The notes under the pieces are model-generated. The model saw only the letters and a program-made list of their open reading frames with translations, searched no databases and was not told the origin of the DNA. The position numbers and the translations under genes were made by a program. A stretch of DNA of 63,563 nt, filler included, from Octopus bimaculoides (taxonomy: Eukaryota), in assembly GCF_001194135.2 (NCBI RefSeq). It is 6 parts of 6 records of this genome, joined end to end, with 100 filler letters (N's around TTAATTAATTAA, not from the genome) between each part and the next. Parts side by side here need not be neighbours in the genome. Positions count along the whole stretch, not along the records: positions 27,643 to 43,671 come from NC_068994.1; positions 43,772 to 56,022 come from NC_068985.1; 4 more parts are not named here. The stretch is one strand, 5' to 3'. How positions within the stretch are numbered: the stretch's first letter is position 1; each line of letters begins with the position of its first letter. This document shows positions 34,601 to 53,819 of this stretch, in pieces.

Positions 34601-35195
34601 TCACACACTCACACGTTCCACGTTCCTCCCAGCAAAAACTATGCAGAGCATTTGAATTGGGGAACAAGATGAGCCCTAGATTCCTATTCTCTGGCGGTAA
34701 AAAAAGTCTGCTTGACAGAGTTGAGTTACAAACAGCAGTGCACCCGTAACTTAGTTCCTTATCGAACAACAGATGCTTTCTCGCGCTCCTGAAAGAGTAA
34801 CGGCAAGCAATATTTGTAGGTAGTAATCAATAAATTAAGTACCAGTGATGTACTAAAGTACATAGCCACCCCTATCTCTCACTCTCTCGCTTTCTCTTTT
34901 AATGCATTGTTGCGTACGTGTCAAGAAACTCCATACTTTAGATATCGTATTCCCCATCAACCACTAAAGCTTATGAAAAATACCATGCTGCAGAACTCAT
35001 TCAAAGTGTTCGTTGCACTAGAAAGAGAGAAGAAGAGTTGAACGAGAATCTAGCAACTTCTCATTGAATCACATCATGCACTATTGGAACCGCCCAGAGA
35101 TACGTCGATGGGCTCTACAACAAGAAAAAGAAATTTAGAAGACACGCACTTATGTATTGTGAAAGTTCATGAAGTTCTATCGCTCACCAGGTGTT

Positions 35196-35230
<35 letters not shown>

Positions 35231-35534
35231 CCGAAATTGCAAAGATAATCTGGATCTCGAGTGAAGAGAGAAAACTCCGAATGACATGTCCGTGTTTCTT
35301 TTGCATCGTCTATCTGTGTTTTGTCCCTTTNNNNNNNNNNNNNNNNNNNNNNNNNNNNNNNNNNNNNNNNNNNNNNNNNNNNNNNNNNNNNNNNNNNNNN
35401 NNNNNNNNNNNNNNNNNNNNNNNNNNNNNNNNNNNNNNNNNNNNNNNNNNNNNNNNNNNNNNNNNNNNNNNNNNNNNNNNNNNNNNNNNNNNNNNNNNNN
35501 NNNNNNNNNNNNNNNNNNNNNNNNNNNNNNNNNN

Positions 35535-35567
<33 letters not shown>

Positions 35568-35909
35568 TGTATGTATGTATGTATGTATATAATTCAAGTC
35601 AACTGAATTTGAAAACGAGTCTTGTTCATATCGTTACAAATTTTGAGTGTGTATGTTGGTAGGTGGAGCTTCATCTGAGGTTGCTGTTATTGTTGCTGTT
35701 GTTTAGGCTCCGATCAGCCGTGATCACAAGCATTCTGGAAGTATCAATTCGGACTTTATCTTGATCAGCGTATTTACGATTATTCTTTTCCCAATTGCAC
35801 GATATAATGAAGAAGTCTATCATACCGCAGATTTGCTTCAGCCCAGCAGTGTTCGATTCTACTGAATTGAAAAATATCTACCACTGGTTGTAATAATCAC
35901 ACATGCAAA

Positions 35910-36230
35910 ACACTCAGTGGTTAGAGCGTCGGTTGTGAGTTCGATTCCCGGACTGGGTTGTATGTTGTGTTCTTGAGTAAAACACTTTTATTTCACGTTG
36001 CTTCAGTCCACTCAATTGTAGAAATTAGTTGCAACGTCATTGGTGCTAAATTGTATCAACCCCTGCTCTGCGTTTGGCTAACATCAGTGGCGTGGAAAAA
36101 GGAAGACTTGTATGTGTGGGCAACTGCTGGTCTTCCACAAGCAACCTGTCCGTGCCTTGGAGAGGAACTTTCTAGATGCAATCCCATGGTCATCGTGGCT
36201 GAAAGAGGTCTTTAGACTTTTACCTTTTAC
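35910..36230 (+). mobile_element. tRNA-derived SINE family D (head CTCAGTGGTTAGAG...GTTCGATTCCCGG; body GTGTTCTTGAG(C/T)AA(G/A)ACACTTT)
   Basis: Minus-strand relatives at 52340-52610 and 57370-57680. Confidence 0.7.
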
Positions 36231-36699
36231 TTATGAACAAGCAATTTCTTACATTCAGGAGAGGGATTGCTTCTGAGAAAACAAGATTTCTTTAATTTTT
36301 CTTAGAAAAAGAAGAAGCTTATATTTTATGAATTCAAATCCACTGAAGCCATGATGTTATGCCTATAGGTAAAGGTGTAGTTTAACGTCATAAAGCAGAC
36401 GGACCCATCGGATGAAAATAGCCACTTGTATATATTAGAAACTCACCAAACCAATGTGGAAGTGTCTATGTTGTCAACCAATCAAGTGGAAATAGCAGTC
36501 AAATGATACATTATTGTAAAGGAAGGATACACTGAGTAACGTACTCCTTGCTACGTCTGTATTTTGGTGGATAAAAGACAAGACAGTCACTTCTCTAATA
36601 TATACAACGTCTAAAAAAAACAGAGGGGATGGTCACGGGTGGTGGTCATGAGTGGAACGCTTTTGGTTATAAGATTGCTGGATCACAGAACTGCTGGGC

Positions 36700-36910
36700 T
36701 AACATGGAAATAAACAACAACAACAACAACAAATATGGATATAAAACATCCCATCTTCTACAGCTAAGTTATAAAAACAAAAATTACAACAAAACATCCC
36801 CCTCTCCCCCTTACTCGCTAATGATAATCCACGCAATTACTACCACAACAGCCACCACAAATACAAACATCGCTAATACCATTACCGCAAACACTATCAT
36901 CGCCATAATC

Positions 36911-36955
<45 letters not shown>

Positions 36956-38060
36956 ACCTCAATAAGAACAACAACTAAAACAGGCATCACTACCACCGTC
37001 ACCACCACCAGTGCCATGAGAAAAACGATAACGAGAACAAATTTCAAATCCTTTCCTCTAATCATAAACAAAACAAGCGCTAGATGATGATGATGATGAC
37101 GATGATGATGATGATGAAGAAGAGGAGAGAAGGAGGAGGGTTTTAGACGAAGAAGAAGAAGAAGAAGAAGAAGAAGAAGAAGAAGAAGAAGAAGAAGAAG
37201 AAGAAGAAGAAGAAGAAGAAGAAGAGAGAGAGAGGAAGAAGGTGCAAAGTAACCAAAACGTAAACAAATAGAAAAGATATCCTCAGAAAAAAAAATAACG
37301 AAACCGATAAATAAAAAAATAATAAAGAAAATAAAGCAATAATGTAACAAATAAATAACAAGAAGGAAAAAAAAACGAAACCGAAAACGGAACGGAACGA
37401 AAAATCCACTCTCACTACCACTCACACCGCATCCGTCCCGTGTCTTCACATCCTCTGTTCTAACCTCCACCCTCACCCACCACCATACACCAATTCTTTC
37501 TCTTTTCGTCCTTTGTCACAACAAATGAACTCATCAGATTGTCGAAGAAATGGAATAAAATGGAATAAAATGGAATAAAATAGAATAAAATAGACAGTTT
37601 TATCATGAAAATATAATTAGGGTCTTGTTGAAAATTGAGAGTTAATTCATGAGAATAGAGGGTTACAGAAACGAAAACACACACAAATTTTGTATAGATT
37701 TCACCTCCAACGGCCGACCAAAAGCATTTTTTTTCCCTTTCTTCCTTTATTTATTTATTTATCTATTTATTTATTTATCAATTTATTTATTTATTTATTT
37801 ATTTATCTATTTATTTTCAATTCTTGCCAACCTCTATTTTATTTATCGCCAATAATAAAACAGAGAAAATTGCAGAGAGAAAGCCAAAAGAACAGAAAAG
37901 AAAAAAAAAGAAACATTAACAAGAAGGAATAAACGAATATAAAAAGGAAGAGATAAAAGAAGAAGAAGAGGAGGGAAGAATGAGAAGTGAGTGAGATAGA
38001 GAGAGAGATAGAGAGAGAAAGCGAATAAAATATAAAGAGGGGAAAATGCAGGAAGAAAAA
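36700..38060. repeat. Mixed simple repeats: (CAA)n, (GAT)n, (GAA)n, (AAATGGAATA)x~4, (TATT)n, (GA)n
   Basis: Direct reading. Confidence 0.9.
37504..37550 (-). ncRNA. Orphan hammerhead core (relic)
   Basis: CTGATGA-GTTC-A-TTTGT-TGTG-ACAAA-GGAC-GAAA: both boxes and an extended stem II; stems I/III not convincingly recoverable. Confidence 0.35.
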
Positions 38061-38269
38061 GAAGGTGGGTGTTGTTGCATGCACCAGGGAATGTAAGACG
38101 GTTCTTTAAAGAAATTCTAATGGCATGTCGTTAAAAAATCTTCCCCCAGGCTAACTGGTCATCATTAGCATGTTATGGAAGGGAGTCAACTAAACGAGGA
38201 TCGTTTCTATGTATGTGTTGTGTTCGTGGGTGTGGGAGGTCAGAGTGTGAGGAAGGTGGTATTTAGATA

Positions 38270-43400
<5,131 letters not shown>

Positions 43401-43771
43401 ATTTTTCATAAATTTGTTTTTTGCTTAAATCCTACATCTTCTAATATTACAAGACATTATTATAGTCTGCATACTACTCTCTATCGTTTTATTTTCAAAC
43501 TTTTATCCATATTCATATTTTAAATAGTTTCTGAAAAAATTTTTTTTTGCAGAAAAAAGAAATAAATTCAATTTTACTCTACGCTGTTTGTTATATTTTC
43601 TGTTAGTTTTAAAAGGTTCTGTTTTATTGCTTATTTTTCTACAAACAAAAAACTGAAGTATTCTAGAGGATNNNNNNNNNNNNNNNNNNNNNNNNNNNNN
43701 NNNNNNNNNNNNNNNTTAATTAATTAANNNNNNNNNNNNNNNNNNNNNNNNNNNNNNNNNNNNNNNNNNNN

Positions 43772-43806
<35 letters not shown>

Positions 43807-45562
43807 TTGTATGTGTATGTGTTTGTGTGTCTCTGTTTATCCGCCAACCATTGCTTGACAACCGATGTTGGTGTGTTTACATTCCCATAACTTAGTGGTT
43901 TGGCAAAAGAGACCGATAGAATAAGTACTGTGGTCGATTTGTTTGACTAAAGGCGGTGCTCCAGCATGGCTGCAGTTAAATGACTGAAACGAAAGAATAA
44001 AAGAATATATATATGTAAACACCCATATAAATATATATCTACATTATATTTATATATATATATATACATGCATACATACGTACACCCATATATATGACAG
44101 ACTTCCATACAGTTAAGGATTAACAATTGCATTCACATAAGAAATCTAAAAGGTAGCCATTTTTCAGTGATAGCCATCTTATCAAACCTATGAAGAACCC
44201 ACTTATGTGGTCTCTACCTCAGCTAGAAATAGTCACTAAATCTCCCTCAAATCAGGAGAAAACCACATTGGACAAAGTAGTCATTAATACACAGACTTCA
44301 AGCATGAACATGCCTGGACATGGGCTCAGGAACAGGGGATGCAGGGAGTGCAAGAACACCAAATATTTTTTGGTTGGGTGCAAAATCATATTTTCCACTC
44401 CTGCTTACTTTGCTCTTGTTTAGAAAACAGTGCATAAAAAGTGATTTGTAAAATGTAGTTTGAAGTTAGGTTTCTTCTCGAAGAACAAAGAACAAAAATA
44501 AATAAAAATAAAAAGCAATAAGACCTTGTCTGTAAAAAAATCTCGGACCTGGGTTTGCACCCGCTAAGTAAATTTTGTTCCTGAGCCAGAATGTCAGGAA
44601 CATGTTTGCATATAAGGTCTTCTGGAACAGGACTGATCTAGGGGCTAAACAAGGACGCTAGTTTCAGTAATGCCTATTTGGGATTTGGGGGACTAGAAGT
44701 GCATAAAACACAAACTCCTGGTCAGTCTAGGCAGTGTAATTTCAAAAAGAGCTGCTTGAGATATATGTATGAACATCACAAAATCTCATTTTGTTTCTCC
44801 CATGTGAACAAGTAAAAAAAAAACAAAAAAAAAGTAAAAAGATAAAAATTTTTCATCAATTTTCACAACCTTTACCGGAAGCAGTGAAAAACCAATAATT
44901 GCCAGAACCAATTGACCATAAAATATATAGATGAACATTTTTCAATTAAATTATATTTTGAAACAAATATTGTTAAAAATAAAATCCTAACAAAAACAAA
45001 AAAGAAAATTCTGGAAGAATAATAGACAGAAAAAGAAAAAAAATTTAATTCTGTAATTTTAATATTTTTATTTTTAGGGGTGTTTTTACATTGTTTTTGT
45101 TTAGTCATTGTTTCTTTTTAACAATTTATTTTATTTTATAATATTATATTTTTTTGTGTACTTTTCATATTGATTCTGGTTTAATGAATCAATTGAATAG
45201 TTATTGAGGGAGAAATAAGCAATAATTCTATCAAACATTCAACAATAGATTTACTGCTCAACTAAGTAAGTATTTTAGTCACTTGACATTTCTTTTTGTC
45301 TATAAAATACTATTTGTTTATCTTCTTTTTCTCCACCTCTGCCATCTTTCTTTCTCTGTCTTCTCCTCTCTCTCTCTCTCTCTCAATTCAGTTTTTCTCT
45401 TTTCTGTCTCTTCTTCATCTCTTTTCCACTTAACTTTTTTCCTGAGGATTTTTCTTTCTACATTCATATTATTATAAAGAAAACATATCTATACTTATAA
45501 ATGTGTGTATTTGCATGTGTACATATGTACGTATGCATTTACGCACACAAGCACATAGACAT

Positions 45563-45640
<78 letters not shown>

Positions 45641-45865
45641 CAATCATATAAAATGAGTGTGTATGTTCATATGTATGCATGTGTGTGTGTATTTCAGTTT
45701 CAAAAATGCATTTTAGTTATCACCACTAAGACCAGGCAAAGTTTGTGATTGTGTGTATTGTATTGTTGTTGTTGTTGTTGTGTGCGTATCTATATATATA
45801 CACACATACATACATACATACGTAGATACATACAGACACACACACATACTCACATGCATGCACGT

Positions 45866-45906
<41 letters not shown>

Positions 45907-46147
45907 GAAAAAGTGTTTATTAGTGAGATGTTAGTGATTGCAAAATTCTAACATTATGGTAAAAAGAACATAACTATGAATAATAACAGGAATAACAAAA
46001 CTATTGATATAATTCCACTCTGATTCCACTGAACAATGTACAGTTCTACTATTTTATTGAAAATCAGCCCTATTGTTGATGCCCAAATGATTTCAATGAA
46101 AGCTGTACAAATTCATTTTTCAACCATCTGAAATCTGATATGTATGC

Positions 46148-46183
<36 letters not shown>

Positions 46184-46206
46184 NNNNNNNNNNNNNNNNN
46201 NNNNNN

Positions 46207-46246
<40 letters not shown>

Positions 46247-46249
<3 letters not shown>

Positions 46250-46443
46250 CAGCAATTCTACATAGTAGTGAGATGTTGGCCCTGAATGCCGAGGACATGC
46301 GAAGGTTAGAAAGGAATGAGGCTAGTATGCTCCACTGGATGTGTAATGTAAAGGCACATGTTCGACAGAGCGCCAGTGTTTTGAGAGAGAAGTTAGCCAT
46401 AAAAAGAATTGTTTGCTGCGTGCAAGAGAGAAGACTGCACTAG
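46247..46443 (+). mobile_element. RTE internal fragment
   Basis: TAILHSSEMLALNAEDMRRLERNEASMLHWMCNV...REKLAIKRIVCCVQERRLH. Confidence 0.85.
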
Positions 46444-46457
46444 GCTCCAATCTAATT

Positions 46458-46730
46458 GGATATGTGATGCCTCCTTACTTCTTTCCACAAGGCCTTAGAG
46501 TTAACTCTGCCACCTACATTGAGGTCCTGGAAATAATTGTTAAGCCCTGGATAGACAGTGTATGCAATGGGAGGTCATATGTGTTTAGGTAAGATTCTGC
46601 ACTATCACACATGGCTCTAGTAACACAGGAATGGATGGCTAAAAATGTTCATGATCACATAACCCCTAACATTTGATCTCCTAATTCTCCAGATCTCAAT
46701 CCATTGGACTATTACATGGGGAGTGTTGTT
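46458..46730 (+). mobile_element. Tc1/mariner DD37D (maT-type) transposase fragment
   Basis: VMPPYFFPQGLRVNSATYIEVLEIIVKPW...DSALSH...SPNSPDLNPLDYY; exactly 37 codons between DSA and the D of LDY. Confidence 0.85.
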
Positions 46731-49101
46731 AAAGCTGAAGGTGGCTTTATTGAATAACATTATAGAAAACATTTTTTGATAAAGTTATTATGCCAACAGC
46801 TCNNNNNNNNNNNNNNNNNNNNNNNNNNNNNNNNNNNNNNNNNNNNNNNNNNNNNNNNNNNNNNNNNNNNNNNNNNNNNNNNNNNNNNNNNNNNNNNNNN
46901 NNNNNNNNNNNNNNNNNNNNNNNNNNNNNNNNNNNNNNNNNNNNNNNNNNNNNNNNNNNNNNNNNNNNNNNNNNNNNNNNNNNNNNNNNNNNNNNNNNNN
47001 NNNNNNNNNNNNNNNNNNNNNNNNNNNNNNNNNNNNNNNNNNNNNNNNNNNNNNNNNNNNNNNNNNNNNNNNNNNNNNNNNNNNNNNNNNNNNNNNNNNN
47101 NNNNNNNNNNNNNNNNNNNNNNNNNNNNNNNNNNNNNNNNNNNNNNNNNNNNNNNNNNNNNNNNNNNNNNNNNNNNNNNNNNNNNNNNNNNNNNNNNNNN
47201 NNNNNNNNNNNNNNNNNNNNNNNNNNNNNNNNNNNNNNNNNNNNNNNNNNNNNNNNNNNNNNNNNNNNNNNNNNNNNNNNNNNNNNNNNNNNNNNNNNNN
47301 NNNNNNNNNNNNNNNNNNNNNNNNNNNNNNNNNNNNNNNNNNNNNNNNNNNNNNNNNNNNNNNNNNNNNNNNNNNNNNNNNNNNNNNNNNNNNNNNNNNN
47401 NNNNNNNNNNNNNNNNNNNNNNNNNNNNNNNNNNNNNNNNNNNNNNNNNNNNNNNNNNNNNNNNNNNNNNNNNNNNNNNNNNNNNNNNNNNNNNNNNNNN
47501 NNNNNNNNNNNNNNNNNNNNNNNNNNNNNNNNNNNNNNNNNNNNNNNNNNNNNNNNNNNNNNNNNNNNNNNNNNNNNNNNNNNNNNNNNNNNNNNNNNNN
47601 NNNNNNNNNNNNNNNNNNNNNNNNNNNNNNNNNNNNNNNNNNNNNNGAGAGCGGTTGGGTTCATTTTTAGTATTCTTGTTTATGTGAGCAGCTGAGTTTA
47701 TTTCAGATATTCTCATTTTAAAAATCATCTCTGACTAATTGTTGAGAAGACGTTGGTGTTGCCTTGGCAGAGGTTTGCAACATATTTTATGCATTAAATG
47801 TTAAATATTTCTTTAGGTTTTCATATATCCTTTTCTATTTGCCAATTATGAATCTATACTTAAAGACATTTGAATATATTGATCAAAAAGCAGTTTATTT
47901 CTGTAGTTTTTTCACTGGTCTTAAGATTTTTTCCAGCAGTGTATATTAAACCAATTCATGTTGCTTAACTTGTGCATCTTCTGAGGGATTCTTCTAATCA
48001 CAGCCAACCATCTTAAAAAGGGAAAACATCAGGAACAACACATTAAATAAACTAATCTTTGAAATAGTAAGGCCAAAAATATAATAAATAAATAAATAGA
48101 TAAATAAATAAGATACAATGGTCAATATTTGACTGCGGCCATGCTAGAGCACCACCTTTAGTCGAGCAAATCGACCCCAGGACTTATTCTTTGTATGCCT
48201 AGTACTTATTCTATCGATTTCGTTTTGCTGAACCGCTAAGTTACGGGGACATAAACACACCAGCACCGGTTGTCAAGCAATGCTAGGGGGACAAACACAG
48301 ACACACAAACATATATACACACACACATATATATATATACATATATATGACGGGCTTCTTTCAGTTTCCGTCTACCAAATCCACTCACAAGTCTTAGGTC
48401 AGCCTGAGGCTATAGTAGTAGACACTTGCCCAAGGTGCCACGCATTTGAACACCATTAATCATAAATCTACTGGATGAGGTTTCAAATTCAAATGAAGCA
48501 ACAGCAACAACAACAGCAACAAATATTATTTCTAGTGAGAGAACAAAACCAGAAATTTTAAGGGTTTGGGACTAGTTGATAACATAGGATCCAGGACTTG
48601 GCTGGTATTTCATTTCATCAGCCCTGAGAGAATAAAAGACAAGCATAACTCTAATTGAGATTTGAACCCTGAACAGAAGGAAGTGGAACAAATCCTTCAC
48701 GCCACTGTTTTTCCAGTTGCCCTAATGATTCTGTCATTCCACTTCCCAATGACAGCAATTAAAGCAACAACAACTTCCAGTGTTGGTTTACCTTTTTTAT
48801 ATTATTCTAAATAGATTTTGTTGCTCTGGCAGTTGTGATGGACATGGTTGGCAGTACTTTCATAGGCCATAACATTGGTTGTGGTGATGATATTGTGATG
48901 ATGATATTTCTATTGTGTGAGTTTTCAATGGTGATGATGCTGGTGCTGGTATTGGTGGTGGTGGTGGTGGTGGTGGTGGTCATAGGAGTAGTAGAGTTAG
49001 GTGCTCCTAATGGCAGTGTTCTCTACAATATTCATTGTCCTTCAGGGGAGAAGGCAGCTGTATCCCTTATTTCATTTATGCTGTTTATTGCATTATATCA
49101 G

Positions 49102-49156
<55 letters not shown>

Positions 49157-49228
49157 NNNNNNNNNNNNNNNNNNNNNNNNNNNNNNNNNNNNNNNNNNNN
49201 NNNNNNNNNNNNNNNNNNNNNNNNNNNN

Positions 49229-49277
<49 letters not shown>

Positions 49278-49375
49278 GTATATGTAGTATTGCCAGTTGT
49301 GGGACTGGGAATATTATACGCATTATATATACACATACATAATCATAGACCTACATTTACATATATAAATACATA

Positions 49376-49422
<47 letters not shown>

Positions 49423-49424
49423 AT

Positions 49425-49468
<44 letters not shown>

Positions 49469-49649
49469 ATATAGATATGTATATACATATACACACACCT
49501 ATACACACACACATGCGTGCATGCACATGAAAACAGTTATGCATGCGTGTCAGTGATTATATGTGCATGTGCACTGTGTTTACATACAATTTATGTACTT
49601 AGACATCCACGTTGAACAGACACACACACACCTCTACACACACATCTCA

Positions 49650-49684
<35 letters not shown>

Positions 49685-49949
49685 TATATAGCACGCTCTC
49701 TCATACATTTATAAACAAATATATGGATGTGTGTGTATATATATGTATGTATGTGTATATATATCTATGTTTATGTATGTGTGTGTATATGTATTTACGT
49801 ATATGGGTGTGCGTGTGCGCATGTGTGTCTGTGTGTGTTTGTAGATACATAGATATGATGATGATTCAGTGACATGATTCCTTGAAATATTTGACCATAT
49901 ATAATGAAAGATAAACAGACAGCTAATGTCCCCAATGACCATCAGCTAC

Positions 49950-50790
49950 AATTCAGTGCCTGAATTCACCACCACCACCGCCACCACCATCACCACCACT
50001 ATCACCACCACCATCACCACCACAATAGCAACATATATACACACATATCTATATGCATACACTATTTCTGCCATCACTAACACCACTGCACTATGTCTAT
50101 TAACAATGAACATTATTGCTGACACCAACAATATCGCCTCTTACAAACTACTACCACCACCACCACCATCTCACAAGTCACAACCACCACTACCACCAAC
50201 ACCACCACCAACAACATCACCATCACCACCACTACTATCATCACCACCACCACCACCACCACCACCACTACCACCACTGTCACNNNNNNNNNNNNNNNNN
50301 NNNNNNNNNNNNNNNNNNNNNNNNNNNNNNNNNNNNNNNNNNNNNNNNNNNNNNNNNNNNNNNNNNNNNNNNNNNNNNNNNNNNNNNNNNNNNNNNNNNN
50401 NNNNNNNNNNNNNNNNNNNNNNNNNNNNNNNNNNNNNNNNNNNNNNNNNNNNNNNNNNNNNNNNNNNNNNNNNNTGTCACTGTCACCACCACCACCACCA
50501 CCACCGTCACCACCACCACCACCACCGTCACTACCACCACCACCACTGTCACTGCCACTGCCACCACAGCAACAACAAACATTATTGCTACCGCAGCCAC
50601 TGCAACATACACTATTAGTACCACTACAGCTACTACCACCATTGTTTCCACTGTCATAGCAACTACAAATGCTTTGGCTGTTACCACCATCACCACCACC
50701 ACCACAACTAACTTTGTCACTACCACTACAAACAAATGCTGGCACTACCACATTAAACATTACCTCTACTACTACCACCGATACCATTTG
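49950..50790. repeat. Degenerate (CAC/CAT/TAC)n trinucleotide block
   Basis: Direct reading; all frames give homopolymeric Thr/His/Pro or Val/Gly runs. Confidence 0.85.
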
Positions 50791-51019
50791 TAGTGTGCTC
50801 ATTACCATGCAGCAGTATGATGCTATATGATTTGAAACATGGGCATTGGACATGGACAGTGTACAAAGGTTGGAGAAAAATTAAACAAATATGCTTTGTT
50901 GGACACGTAATGTTAGTGCTGACAGTACACATGGGTGATATGATTAAAGATGGGCTGTGAAATAAAGGGAGATAAGCAGTATTATATGTTCCAGGCAAAA
51001 GCATGACTGCGTTTGTATA

Positions 51020-51241
51020 GAAGAGGGTGCTGAAAAGTTCCTGGCTTTAAGGGTATCATAAAAGGCCTGGTCAGAGGCACAACCTTTTAAAAGAGTTCTT
51101 TTACAGGACTTAGAAAAACTGAAAGACTGTTGCAATACATGTGTGAAGCTGAGAAGGGAACATGTTGAATAAAATCATAATTTAACTGATCCTCCTATAT
51201 TTTCTTTTACTCAAAGCCAAGAACTTTTCAGGACTCTCTCA
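51020..51241. mobile_element. Mariner-type MITE
   Basis: TIRs GAGGGTGCTGAAAAGTTCCTGGCTTT / AAAGCCAAGAACTTTTCAGGACTCTC, TA on both flanks. Confidence 0.8.
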
Positions 51242-51414
51242 TAGACACTATTGCATATTGATGTTAACAGATAAGTATAGATGTGAATAGCAGATTCAAC
51301 ATAAAACGTTCTCCAACCATTTAAAGGAATTCATTTTATAAACTTTGCTTGCAGCAGCTGTACAAGAGCAGTTTGTAGTTAGAGCACTCATAAAACATTG
51401 GTTCCAAATTTTGG

Positions 51415-52215
51415 AACAAGGCCAGCACTTTCAGGTGAGAGGTAAGATGATTACATCAACCCCAGTGCTCAACTGGTACTTATATTTGTCGACCCCGAAA
51501 GGATCAAAGGGAGAGTCAACCTTGGTGGAATTTGAACTCAGATCATAAAGATGGATGTAATACCACTAAGAATTCTGCCTGGCATACTAACAATTCTGCC
51601 AGCTCACCACCTTGAACACTGGTAAAATATATTCTTTACAATGCTTGGAAGGCTCTGGAAAGATAGCTGATAGCTTCTGTTTCCTAGCTGTAGAGGACTG
51701 TACTTTGAATGTACAGTAGCAGAATAAGAATAGAGTGGCAAACATTCAGAGAGCTATTACATTTGTTAGCAACAAGGCAATTCTCTCTTCAAGGAAAGAG
51801 TAAATTATATAGATATATTGGTTTCAAACTTTGGTACAAGGCCAGCAACTTCAGGGAAGGGTATAAGCTGATAATATCAGCTCCAGTGTTCAACTGGTAC
51901 TTATTTTATCAACCCTGAAAGGATGAAAGACAAAAATCAACCTTGGCAAAATTTGATCTCAGAATGCGAGGGCAGACAAAATACTGTTAAGCATTTTCTC
52001 TGGCATGTAACTATTCTGCCATCTCGCTGCCTTAAGGGTAGGTTATATATATATTGGTTTTCACATTTTGGCATGATGCCAGTAATTTCAGAGGAGGTGT
52101 ATGTGTGTATGTCGATTACATCAACCCCAGTGTTCAACTGGTACTTATTTTATCAACCCTGAAAGGATGAATGGCAAAGTTGACCTCGGTGGAATACCAC
52201 TAAGCATTCTGCCTG
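51415..52215 (+). mobile_element. Three successive partial SINE family C units with an RTE scrap
   Basis: CCCCAGTGTTCAACTGGTACTTATTTTATCAACCCTGAAAGGATGAA repeated three times (about 51470, 51885, 52125). Confidence 0.7.
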
Positions 52216-52339
52216 GTGATTATATAATATTGATACCTTTTATTTCCAAAGCAACCTCATCAGCTTGTGGTGAACTGTACTCTGAATGTATAGTAGCAGA
52301 GAGCTATTAAATATACTGGCACTTTGTTGGTTACAATGA

Positions 52340-52610
52340 AAAGGGTTCCAGTTGATCTGATCAACAGAACAGCCTGCTCGTGTAATTAGCATGCAAGTGG
52401 CTGGGCACTAGACAGACATGTGTATCCTTAACATAGTTCTCTGGTAGATTCAGCATGACACAGAGCGTAACAAGGCTGGCCCTTTCAAATACAGGCACTA
52501 CTCATTTTTGCCAGTAATGTGAAATATAGTATCTTCCTTAAGGACACAATGCCTTACCAGGAATCAAACTCATGACCACATACCTCTAACCACTAAGCCA
52601 TGTGCCTTCA
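52340..52610 (-). mobile_element. SINE family D copy
   Basis: GTTCCAGTTGATC...CAGCCTGCTCGTG...GGACACAA; homologous to 57370-57680. Confidence 0.75.
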
Positions 52611-53819
52611 CAGAGAACTATTACTTCTGCTGGAAACAAAGGAATTCTCTTTTCAAGCAAAGGGTAATTTGTACATTGATAACTTCTACTAATGATCAGC
52701 AGAAGAGGGCGCTCTAAAAGTGTAGTTTCCAGATCATGAGCAGGTGTGGAATAAATTCAAGAAACCATTACCACTGCTAGCAACAAAGAGATTCCTTCTT
52801 TGAGTGAAAGGCAGATTAAATGTTGCTTCTGTACAAACTGTGATACTGCATGGTGATGAGACGTTAGCACTGAAAGCAGAGGTTGAGTGAAGGCTGGAAA
52901 GAAATGAAGTAAGCTTTCTCTGCTGGACATGTTGAAAAATGTAACATTAGTTTGTGGTGAACTGACAGAATCATAAGCACACTGGTTAAATTACATAGTG
53001 GGCATTTTGTCTGTCTCTACTTTCTGTATCAGGCCTTGTGCCTATAGTAGAAAGGATTATTATTATTATTATTATTATTATCAAAGCGCCTCCTCCTATT
53101 GGGAGTTTTACTTGTTATATATTTCGTTGTTATTTTAATGTTTGCATAAACGTTTTCTTTTTGGACAAAACCTTTTGTACTTTTCATTCTGTCTTTGTCC
53201 TTATATGTTTTGATTCATATTAGTCCTTGTGGCCAATAAAACAGAATTAATTATTATTATTATTATCATTATTATTATTATTATCATTATTATTATTTTT
53301 ATTATCAATATGCATCCTGTTCTTCTCTTCCTACCACTCCTCTTTACATCTGTGCATTTATACCATGCAAAGTCCTTGTTCTCTATCAGCCTGCATTGAT
53401 CTTGTTTCATCCCCCATACCTGCCCACCTACCCTGATCTATATTGGGCATTCTGTACGGAGCCCTACTTAACTCCATTTCTGCATATCGAGCATAACCAC
53501 TTCCTGATCGGCTGTAGGGACTACCTGATGATGGTGGGGGATAATGATGATGATGATGGTGATGATCAGGGCCCTGATAATAACTGTAGAGCCGTTCAGA
53601 AAGTTCTGGTAGTGCTGGCTGTGTTTCTCATCAGGGTGGTGTTGGTGAAGGGCAGCAGAAGCGATGATGCTACAACTGATATTGCTTCTGCTGTTGCTGC
53701 TACTGCTGCTACAACTGGTTTTTCATACAGATGTGGTATAGGTGCTAGTTGTGACCACAGTGTGAGTATGATTAAGGTATAAGTGATGATAATTGTGGCA
53801 ATAGGGGTTGCTGTTAGGT

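Noticed and set aside
34960-35190. Protein-looking stretches (MHYWNRPEIRRWALQQEKEI*, YEKYHAAELIQSV)
   Set aside because: Short, interrupted by stops in every frame, no convincing splice sites or family match
35910-35960. tRNA-like sequence (also 21489-21556 and 57610-57665)
   Set aside because: A/B boxes only, no complete cloverleaf, and each continues into a repeat body; these are SINE-type heads, not tRNA genes
36811-37476. 221-aa hydrophobic ORF resembling a membrane protein
   Set aside because: Antisense of (GAA)n/(GAT)n/(CAA)n repeats
38149-38209. Possible 61-nt exon (CCCCCAG|...|GTATGT)
   Set aside because: Such site pairs are expected by chance in 60 kb, and the donor merges into a TATG repeat
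49926-50853. Mucin-like Thr-rich / His-rich / Val-rich ORFs (also 53824-54649)
   Set aside because: Degenerate CAC/GTG trinucleotide repeats are open in most frames on both strands; no signal peptide, splice pair or domain recognised
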